A stretch of 64,000 bases of DNA, from positions 79,546,001 to 79,610,000 of the forward strand of contig CM097884.1 in the NCBI GenBank assembly GCA_044892505.1, read 5' to 3'. The translations under genes and the position numbers were made by a program. Under the pieces are notes generated by a model. That model made no database searches, was not told the origin of the DNA, and worked only from the letters and a program-made list of their open reading frames with translations. Source of the DNA: Schmidtea nova (taxonomy: Eukaryota). Of this stretch, positions 23,401 through 35,400 are shown piece by piece; the stretch's first letter is position 1; the number at the start of each line of letters is the position of its first letter.

Positions 23401-26400
23401 GTAGACCCAAGACAGATCCGGCAAATGTAGTCATCAGAAATAAGGATGAAAAGAGACAAGATCAATGGGAAGTATGTTTAAAGAAATTAAATAAAATCGC
23501 GGAGATAAAAGAAAAAGAGACAACACCAATATGTCAAGGTGAGGAATGGATATCGAAAACAATAATGGAAATATTGGCAATAATTGATCCGGAATTGAAA
23601 AAATACTGGCGTATAACTGAAATAAGCGAAAAAGCAAAGTCATTGCACAGCGCAATAGCACCCATCTTACCGGAATTCATAAAAGAAAAGACGAAGTCAA
23701 ATCATTTAGACTGGCAAGGAACCACTACGCTAATAAAGAAATTGACAGAAGGAGCGGAAACAGATAACAAATACGTGATAGCCATTGCATACACCATCTA
23801 CAACCTACTAACACTGAGTAGAGGTCGACCAAAACCCACTGCGTTGGAAAGACACATAAAAAATACCGCAAAAATTATAGCCAGAGAAATAGAACCATAC
23901 ATCATTAACAAAGGAGGATGGGAAACATTTATCAAAACTAACCAGAAGAAAACGCAAGCCAAGAATATGAAAAAGAAATTCGAAAAAATATTGGAAGAGT
24001 TAGAAAAAGAACAAGCAGGAACAGGAAACGCGAAGTCATCAATGAATTTGAGTTCTATAATAATGATGATGTTGATATGGATGATTAGCACCGATAGCGC
24101 AACAGCATTCGAAGTGTTTGATTGCGACCAAATGAAGTTAGGAGAAAAGTATTCATTGAGAGGCACGGAGCAATGCAAAGATGCAACTCCAGTAGAGTTG
24201 CAAAAGATTAAAAAAGAACAATGGTACCACGTGTATCAAGAAGCAGAACTCATAAAGACAATGGTGAATGAATGTAAGGTGCAGAAGACGAGATTCGCAT
24301 TCTACTGCGGGAGAGGACATTATTCAGCAATTGTCATGCCAGGAACGGAAAGAGAACCAATCGTGTTACAAGGAGAGGACTGCGAAGCACTATTTAAACA
24401 TGGAGAAGTAACAACAAGGGATAAAATCAAGATAAGAGGAAAGCCAGGAATGATGCTGCAACAGACATACTATGTAGCAGGACGGATTACGGGAGGAGAA
24501 GGATATTGTCAAGGAGAAACCTACCCGATATTCGGAGTACCCGCAACCAACTTAGTGGTGATGGATACGTATATAGTCGAATTGAAAAGCTATGAAGCAT
24601 TCTTTGAACCAACAACGGGAGAAATGAAAACGTTATCCATGTGTAAAATCGACAGGAGCATGTGTCAAACGGGAATGTCAACATTAGTATACAAACCAAA
24701 GGTGAACGAATGTCAATTACAACTGCTACAAGGAGCAAAGTTCGACGAAATCCAAGGAAAAACATTCCAGGAAGAAGACGATGACGACAAAGCTAGAGCA
24801 AAGCATCTCAAGGAAGCTTTAGAGAATAAAAAACAATTGAAACCGGATCATAGAGAAAAACGGATAGAGATGAGAGCCACACCAACAGTATTGATAACCA
24901 CAAATCAGGATGTGGGAATGAGATTCATAAAAGGGAAAGCAACCCTTAAGTGTAGTACAACGGTATACGAAACAAATTATCCAGGAATATATGTGTCAAA
25001 ACAAGAAGTACCAAATGCGAAACCCAAAATCGACACAATGGATATCAAACTACACCTGTATGTGAATAATAAAATGGATTTCCTATTCCATAGAGGACAA
25101 GCCTCATTACAAAAAGTGTACTACGATCTGATAAACAATGATTGTATACTGAATAGAGAAATATTAAAGACAAAGTTGGCCGTAGCGATTACGAATCCAG
25201 ATAGCGCGATGCCATTATTACCACTGAGAGAAGGACATTTCGGAAGAGTGGTCGGAGAAGCAATGTACGTATACATTTGTGAAAAGACACACGCGCCGCT
25301 AGCAGCAACAACGCAGTTGAAACCTGGAACCTGTACAAATGAGTTGGAAATCGATTACAAAGGAAAAGTACGATACGTTCAACCAGTGACGAGAATCATC
25401 AATCCACCAGGGTTTGAACCAAATCCATTCAACTGTAGTAATGCGTATGGACCACTTTATCAGAAACCAGATGGTAAATGGGTTATGTTCCCAGGAAGAT
25501 CCGAAGTGATAGCACCAAGAGAATTCGAGCTAATGCAGTTGTCAAAGGATAGGCAATTCAGCGACGTAGATGTCTCAAACAACGGAATATATAGTCCAAA
25601 GGATTTAGAAGCAGCAAGGCAGAATATATTATTTCCAGCGAGAAGAGAAGCATTACTGTCAAATATCGTAACGATAACGGGAGGAACGAATTATCGAGAA
25701 GGACCAAATTATGAATTGTTGCTGTCACCAGCACATTTCAAGAAAGCCACAGAAAATATGATGAAAGCAATGTGGGGAAGATTCCTGATATTTGGACAAA
25801 TGATGGCTGGAATACTAGGGGTTATATTAATAATACAAATCGTCAGAGTGATAATAACGCAAATGCTTGCGTGTTTTGACATCTACAAGAGAGAAAAGAA
25901 AGTGAATTGGAAAATGGTAGTAGGGTTTTTACCATTCCTTGCGAAAACAATGGTGTTGCATGGACACTCAAAAGATATCCATCGAATAAAAAGACTCCTA
26001 AAGATACTAGCAAAAATGAAGGGAACAGATGAAGAAGTAGGACGAAAATTTAAAAAGATAATGAATGACGAACAAGCAAGACAACAGCTCAAGAGAGAAA
26101 GAAAAGGTTTATGGGAGAGGGTGAAAGGATATAAAACCCAAAATGATTCGAGTGACGACGATGATGACGATGACGACTATAAGGGAGGACAAGTCTATAA
26201 GAACCAAGCACCCCAATACATTGAAAAGAATCCAGCCGACGCGTGGAAATGTTACGCACCTCCACCAACCATGTATCAAGAACCACTACAAGGAGGAAGA
26301 ACGACAACAATGCAAATGATGCCAATGACAAATGTATACCCCATGATACCAGAAGATTATAAAATGAGAAGATGTAGAAGTGTAGATCCACAAGGAGACG

Positions 26401-29400
26401 CACATACAATCGCCGTAATGTCATCAAACACAGGTCCAGTACTAACCACGACAATAGAGATTAACGGAAGAGAAATCGAAGCAATGATCGACACTGGAGC
26501 AAACATTTCCGCCATCGACATCAAATGGATACCACAGGAGCAAAGACGAGAAATAGAAAGGACAAACGTCCACGTAATTGCATGTAGCAAAGAAGTTGTA
26601 GAAGTAGCAGGAAGATGGTGGGTAAAAATACGCCACTTAAACACAGAAATCGATACGTACGTAGCAGTCATACCAGCATTAAGCGTACCTTGCATTATCG
26701 GAACAGATTTGATGCCAGCATTATTTAAAGAGATTGTAATCGATCTCGGAACAATGAGACTAAAAGATCGCACAGGACAAATATGCGCAATAGAAGCCAA
26801 AGTGACAAGTTCAAAGCAAATGATAATACCCGCAAGAAAGGAGAAAATATGTTATGTAAAAATAGATCCGACAATCCAAGGGGATATGATTTTCGAACCA
26901 AGCAAAAGATTCGAGAAAAGAAAAGCATTGCCAATGGCAAGAGGACTAGTCAACATAAATGATAATGGAGAAATCCCAATAAACGTGGTAAATTTCAACG
27001 AGGAGGATAAAATAATCTACGAAAACGAAAGATTAGGTAAATTAACCCCAATGATGGATATAGAACTACCAATAGCAGGAGCAGAGAAAGATAAAGAACC
27101 AACATGGAATATTGATAGTGAATTATTAAATGAGAATCAAAAGAAGCAATTAGAAAAACTGCTGACAGAGTATAAGGACATATTTGCAACATCCGATTTG
27201 GATCTAGGAACATGTGATGTCACACTACATACAATACCATTAACGGATGAAACACCAATTGCATTAAGACCGTACAAATTAGCGGAAGCACAGAAAGCAG
27301 TAGCGGAAGCAGAAGTGAAGAAAATGTTGGATGCAGAAGTAATCGAACCAAGTTGCTCACCCTGGCAATTTCCAGTGGTAATGGTAAAGAAGAAAGACGG
27401 AACACAAAGATTCTGCATAGATTATCGAAGATTGAACACAGTGACCAAACGAGATACTTACCCATTACCGGACATCAACGAAATGTTACTAACACTACAA
27501 GGAGCAGTACATTTTACGTCGTTAGATCTGAAAAGCGGATATTGGCAAATAAAAATGAAGGAAGAAGATAAGGAGAAAACTGCCTTTACCATCGGTAGAG
27601 ACTTATACCAATTTCGGAAAATGCCATTTGGATTAACCAACGCACCAGCATCATTTCAGAGATGCATGAATTTCGTCACCCATGGAATAAAACAGTGTAT
27701 GGTCTACATAGACGACTTATTGATTTACTCTAGTACATTCGAACAACACATACAGGATATTCGAGATGTATTCGTTAGACTTAGACAGTGGAAGTTAAAA
27801 CTCAAGCCATCAAAATGCGATTGGGCAAAAGAAAAGGTTACATTTTTAGGACATATAGTGTCAGCAAAAGGAAAAGAACCGGATCCTAGAAACATCGACA
27901 AGGTAAAAGAATGTCCAGTACCAAAAACAATAACCCAGATACAAGAGTTTCTTGGATTGTGTGGATACTACAGAAAGTTTATAAAAGATTACGCCGGAAT
28001 AGCAAAACCTATACAGGAACTAGTCAAGAAAGATGTATCATTCATATGGGGAGATGAACAACAAACAGCCTTTGAAACATTGAGAGATAAACTGATAACC
28101 GCACCTATATTGGTACACCCAGACTTCAAGAAGCCATTCCTACTTGCAACGGATGCAAGCGGATATGCAGCAGGAGCAGTATTAGGACAATACGACGACG
28201 AAGGAAAAGAACGGGTAATCGGATATTATAGCCGGACATTCAAAAAGCACGAAAAAAATTACTCGGTGACAGAACGGGAAGCATTAGCAATTATACTAGC
28301 AATTAAACACTTTAAATATTTATTATGGGGACACATCATCTGCATAACAACAGATCACCAACCGCTTGTATGGTTAGGACAGCATAAGGAAACATCCAGT
28401 AGATTAATGCGATGGGCAATGCAGCTACAGGAGTACTCACCAGACATAAAATTTAAATCAGGAAGAGCGAATGCGAATGCAGATTGTATGTCAAGACTGA
28501 CATTTCCAGAACTAACCGATCCTGATGTACAACGAATTTGTGTGTTAATAGCGGAAGATTTAGATTTTAGTGAGTTAAAGAAAGATCAACAGGAAGACAA
28601 AGAATTAGGACAGATCATAGAGTTCCTAACATCTCGAAATATGGAAGTATTCAAGGATAATAAGGAATTAAAGGAACATATAGGAAAGTATCAACATCGA
28701 TATATAATAAATAAAGGATGGTTGTTAATACAAGATGGTGAAAAGAGATCGATGTGTTTACCGGAAAACAGAAGGAAAGAGATAATGATCCAATACCATG
28801 ATGGAAAATTAGGAGGACATATGTCAGAGAAAAAGACAATAAATCGTATGAGACAAAAATATTATTGGCGAACAATGGAAGAAGATATAAAAGAATGGAT
28901 TAAAAATTGTCTAACTTGCGCAACTAGAAAGGATAGTGGGAAGAAATGGAAAAACCCACTACAACCAATGCCAATACCAGCAGAACCAATGACAACTATA
29001 GCAATGGACGTAATAGGACCATTACCAGAAAGTTTAAACGGAAATATTTATATACTGGTAATAACGGATTACCTGACGAAATTCCCGGAAGCATTTGCCA
29101 TGCAAGACCAAAAAGCAAAAACCGTAGCAAAAATTCTAGTGGAAGAAATATGTTGCAGATACGGAACTCCAAAACAAATACTCACAGACCAAGGAACTAA
29201 TTTTATGAGTGAGTTATTGAACGAGGTGACAAACTATTTCAGAATAGCAAAATTGAGAACTTCACCATATCACCCACAAACGAATGGACAAACAGAGAGA
29301 TTCAATGGTACATTGATTAGAATGCTATCCAACTATGTCAGCAGACACCAAACTGATTGGGACGAATACATAAAATTATGTTTAATGGCATACCGAATGT

Positions 29401-32400
29401 CGATACATGCAGCAACAAAACTAAGCCCGTTTCAACTCATGTATGGAAGAGAATGCAACATGCCCATAGATTTAGAGTATCAGCCACCATTATCGCAATA
29501 TATGGAAGATGACGACTACGTAACCAAATTCAAAGAAAGAATGCAGGAAATATGGAAAACGGCAGAACTCAACATTAAATTTTATCAGGAAAGTTATAAG
29601 GACTTACACGACCAGAAGAAAAACGTTAAAGCGAACGACCTAAAACCAGGAGACTGGGTGATAATAGAAACTCCCGAAATAATACCAGGAACGGTTAAGA
29701 AACTCCAAAGACCTGGAAGAGGACCTTATGAAATTATATACAAAAAGGACAATAATGTCAAAGTTAAGCTAATAAATCGACCGTTAATACGACCCATATA
29801 TGTAAACACCTGCAGATGTAAGAAGGTGCCTAAAACGATAACTACAACACCAGAAAATCGAATAATAACTAGATCACAAACAGCCAGGATAAATATGCTC
29901 AGAGCTAATGCAACTGAAGACGACAAAGCAGAAATAAGGCAAAAAGAAATCAGAAATAAAGAAATCATACTGAAGGCGAGAGAGATAATGGGAAGATGGC
30001 ATGTTAGAGACGAAGCAGGCATATCAAGGGACATTAGACATATAATTAGCCGTTACGCACAAGGATTACCAACCGAACCAATTATTTCTGAATTATTGAT
30101 AAAAATCCCGGAAATACTCTTATTGAAAGATGTAGGAGGACAACCAGCCTTACACAATGCGATAGAGTGTAAAAACATTGAAAGAGCAAAAGAATTCCTA
30201 AAAATCGCAAAAGAAACAAACCAAAACTTGGACGTAGGGAATCGTGAACAAGAAACTCCATTAATGACAGCCGCAATCCACCAAGCAGATAAAGAAATGA
30301 TAGATCTATTGATAAAAGCTCATTTCAGTTGGACAGAACGAGATAGAGAAGACAAAACAGTGCTAAATCACGTAATATGGAGTTCTCACCAACCAATGCT
30401 GAAATACATAATAGCTAACTCCACTTGGGAGATAGACGAACTAGTTAAAGGAGACATTATCAAAGAGGCAATCAAAATTGGTAAATGCAACACGATCCGT
30501 AAGTTAATCAAATGGAAACGACCAGAAGATGATACATGGGTCTTAGACATAAACGAAGTGTACAGCGAAGGACAAAACGCACTGTTAAGATACCTTTTGA
30601 AATTTACTTGTGATCAGAAGACATTACTAACCTTATTAGACAGGGGAAACATAAACATCACAAAGAATGAAGAAGAACACAAATTCGATAAAGAGAAGGA
30701 GGTCTTATTCAACAAAATTAGGAAATGGTGTGCGAAACCACTTGATAAACTAATAACATACAAAGACATAAATAATTTTAACGATAAATACCAGACGATA
30801 GTAAGTGAGTACGAGGAATTAGTAAAAATCTTAAACCATCCCGAAAAATGCAAACAGGTTTTGGAGAAAAAAGAAAGAGAAAGTAACAAGAAACTCACAC
30901 CACTCTTCAAAGCAGAAGCACCATATCAAGCTAGACTAGATGCGATACAAGAAAAAGCAAAAGAATTGTTACCGGAATTCGAGAATAGTAAACATGCACT
31001 GGAAATACTCGGTGCATTAGTTGAAAAAGTACACGCATACGCAAAAGGAACATACAATGGTAACGATATAACGACTATAAAAAAGGAGATGCCAGTAACA
31101 TTTTTACTACCAAAGGACAGAATAATGCCCATACATAGAGCTCTACGAAATGGCAAAGATAAAAAAGTAATGGAAATTGCAAGAGTAATGTTAAGCTGCG
31201 GAAGCAACATGAATATGGTAGACGAGAAAGGAGATACACTCATGATATTTGCAGCAAGGGCCAAAACGAAAACAAAAGTGCTGGAAGAACTATACAAAGC
31301 AGGTGCAGGACTTACAGGAAAGACAGACAAAGATAATTCAATTCTGGATGTAGCATTACTAACACATAATTGGGAAATGGTCAACTTCATTAAAACAATC
31401 TCAAATCAGGAAGAAATAGATTACCTAACTGATACGGTCAGGAAACCCAGTGTACTAACAATGATGCATAATGTCGAACTAACAGAAGCAATACTTACGT
31501 GGATAAATCCGAATACTAACGAACCAGCATTCAGGATTAATGAGTTTACAGAACATAACCAAAATTGGTGCATAAGAAGTGCCTTAATAACGTATAAATG
31601 GCCAGAGATATTGAAGATGTTTATGGAAAGAAAGGATCTAAGGATCACAACCAGCCCGAAGGAAGAAAAGTACACAGGCAAATGGAAAGAATTGATGAAG
31701 ACATACATCAACAATTGGATCAAGGCCAAAAAGGAAATCTTGGAATATAAATCCACTAACAAAGTAATACCGGAGCAGGTAGAAACACAAGAATTTGAGG
31801 CAAGTAATCTAACGACATTAGCATATGCAAAATTGATAGAAGAAATCAATGTCGAGGACGACATTTTCGACGAGCCAGGGGGAGATGACAATACAGATAG
31901 TGACGACGATAACAACTCAGAAAATTCGAACGATCACGAACCACCCGATAAAGAGGAAAACGAGAGAAAAGACAAGAAACGAGACAAAGAAGAAAAGAAA
32001 AATGAAGACGAAAAACAAAAAGATGAAGATGGAGAACAAGGAAAAAACGACCAAGGAGATAAAAATGACACCCAAAGAACAGGTTATAAATCAACCATAA
32101 AACCATTCTTCAAACCAGAATTACTATTATTAACAGTGATTTTAACGTTAATTAACCCAAGTCAAGGAATGACATGTGAAGAAAGGGCAATAATACAAAT
32201 AAAAAACGCGAAAGGAATCGAACGAGTATGTTGGTCAAAAAAAGACAAAATCACGGAACAAAATAGCCCGATGGATTGCAGAATCTCAGAACACGAACAA
32301 GAAATCATAGAGATCAACGACCTAGATCTAAATACCTGGTACAAAATATGCACCGTTAGAAAACAAAAGCATCCAAGATCACACAACACAATCGCATGTG

Positions 32401-35400
32401 CAAAATACCAAACACCTAAAGCAGCCATGACAATACAACAGTCACCCAAAGGAGATTACATCATCGAAAAATGTGGAAGAACAGAGACACAGGGAACAGA
32501 AAACAAAAAACCCCAGGCAATAGATAAGCAAACAACACCAACTATACGAATTACAATAGAGAGGCCCGAAGCGAGAGTTGCCACAAACGAAACCGAAAGA
32601 GTGACTTACCAAATGGAAGTATTATGCTTAGCACTCATACTAATAATAATAAAACGACTAGAGGAAGGGATAGAAATCGAAACTATGACAATAACAGAAG
32701 TAGAAGATACACAGAATACTAACATAAAATGTTGGGCGAGGAATAACGAGGAAATCGGCGTAAATGAAATAAGGAAAAGTCGAAAACCAACAACGAATAA
32801 AGTAATTAAAGTATCCGAAGTAAAAGCAGATAAAACGTACAAACTATGCCTACTAGAAAAAGAGAGAAACAAGAAAGGTACCACAAAATGTAAAACATTC
32901 CAACCTGGAGAAGTAATAAAGTTCAGAAGGAGAACGAGGAAGAGAAATAAACAAATCAAGCGGAAAGTAAACATAACATTAGAAATAAAAGAGATAGAAC
33001 CAAATGTGAAAGGAGTATGCTGGAGGAAGTACGAAAAAGAAGTAAATAAAAGAACGACACCACAATGTCGAACAAACACAGGAACAACGACGATTCAAAT
33101 AAAAGGTTTAGAAAGTAAACAAACCTACGAAATATGTTTGGTAAAGAAAAATGATCAGATAACGATAAACGACCTAGAATGCGGAATATATACAACTTCA
33201 TCCGGAACAAGAACCAAAACGTTAACACGGAAAAATAAAAGGAAACAACAAAACAAAGAAAAACCGAAGTACACCACTACCTTTAAAAACAATAAACAAC
33301 CAACAAACCAAGAAGTTACGACGAAACCCGAGAGAAAAACATCAGCAACTCTAACATTATGGAAAATAGAGAATAAAACATTAGAAATATGTTGGATAAT
33401 AGTACAGAAACATATAAGAAGACAATCAAGAGAATGCAGAAAAACAAATAAAGAAATCAAGATCGAAAAACTACAATTTAATAGCGAGTATGAAGTATGC
33501 GCAATAGAAATAATGGACGCACTAGGAAACCAACAAGAAAGATGCGAAACCTACTATACACCAGCGAACGCAACATCAAAAGGAATAACAAGGAAACTCG
33601 AATTCAGGGAACTAAGCCAAACGAATGAACAAATGGACGCAGAAAAAACAATAACCGACCCTCAAGCAAAATGGACACCCGAAGAAGTTATCAAAGAAGT
33701 CAAAAGAAAGCAAGAGGAACGAGAACAATTAATGAGAAAACTAAAGGGACAATATGGAATAATGTTCAACCAAAGCGAATCTATACAAACAGACGAGAAT
33801 AAAGAAATTAAAGAACTAATCGGCTTAGGAATATTAACAGCGACCATACCAGTAATAATCGCGTTATCAGCTATATGGATACGCAAGATAAGCCCAAGAA
33901 AATCAACAACCCAATGGCTAAATATAGATAATACAAGCCATGGAGTCGAAATACTAGAAGCACGAGAAGAACCAAGATCGACCAGGAATGAGAAAGAAGC
34001 AAAAGGCGGAAAACTGGGAATGAACAACGAAGACAAAGAAATAGAAGAGATTAAAAGCAAAGAGACGAAATATGAAAGGCGAACCAGAAGCCTACCGCAG
34101 AGTTCAAAATGGTTGGGTCTAACAATAATATTGACATTAATCAATAGGGAAGAAGCAATAAACCCACAGACAGGGATAAAAGTAATAAATGTTCAGGAAG
34201 TCGAGAAAATATGTTGGTATAGAGAAGATGAACCAATTGGAGAAAATAACCCACTAAAATGCATAATCCGAAAATCCGACCAGGATATAGTACGAATAGA
34301 AGAAATGGATGGAGGGACCATGCATCGGATATGCATAATAAAAAAGGAAAAGAAGTCGGGGCTACCTAAGACAGTCGTATGTCAAAAATATGAAACACCT
34401 AGACTTGAATGGTATAGAGTAAAACCAACAAAGAAAGAAATCAAAAACACAATAGATCAACCAGCAACTCAGATAAGAAACACAACGGATAAACCAGGAG
34501 AAGGGGAGAGAAGCACCAATAACACGAGAGAAAGAATATCACCTCAACAGGAGTGCGTATGCATAGCATTAATACTAGCAATGTCCAAACGTCTCGACAG
34601 AGGAATAATAATAGAACAAATGGCCATAACAATAAGAAAAACAAGCAGCAACAAACTATGCTGGGGAACATACAACGAACCAAGGAAGGAATACCAAGTT
34701 CAGACAAGCGACGAATCACAAACAAACAAGGAAATCGAAATACAAGAAATACAAATGAATGAAGAAGGAAGTATATGTATCTGGGAGAGAGGAATCCAAG
34801 AGGGAATAGAGCATTGCAAGACATTCCAAAAAGGAGAGGTACTGAAATTCGATGAAGAAAAATTAACAAAGACAGAAAGAACTCTGACAATAACAGGACT
34901 CGATCAAACAGTTAAAGGAATATGTTGGACAAAGCATAACCCAGAAGGGGAAGAAGACAATCTAACCCACTGTAAAGAAACAGGGAATAAGGAAAAAGTC
35001 GAATTAAAGAAAATGGAAGTAAATAAGACATACGCGATATGTACCTTCACCAGAAAAGGTTCAGAAAAACCAGAATGCGGATTATATCAGATCTCAGAGA
35101 AACTTCAACAACAGATCAAACCAGGAAACGTGGAAAACCGAACAAAAGAAAATAACGTCAAACAACTACTAAACCGCCATTGGTCTACCCAAGAAGTAAT
35201 GAACAAAGTCAAGAGTCAAATACAAAAAGAGAAGAAGCCAGAGGCTCAAACCCAAAATGAGATAAAAGCGAATCAGAAGAAAATCAAAGCAACAAACCGT
35301 GGAAAAACCGTAATAGGACTAATCAGTATAGGAATATTAATAGCATATGGAATACTGACGACAAGCATAATAGTATATTGGAGATACAGAAAGAGAAACA

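Noticed and set aside
26250-26345. Late-domain motifs (APPPTMY, YPMI) in the Env tail
   Set aside because: They are not exact PPxY or YPxL matches and could occur by chance.
26795-27055. Active dUTPase
   Set aside because: The five conserved dUTPase motifs are not recognisable, so only a fold-level relic is claimed.
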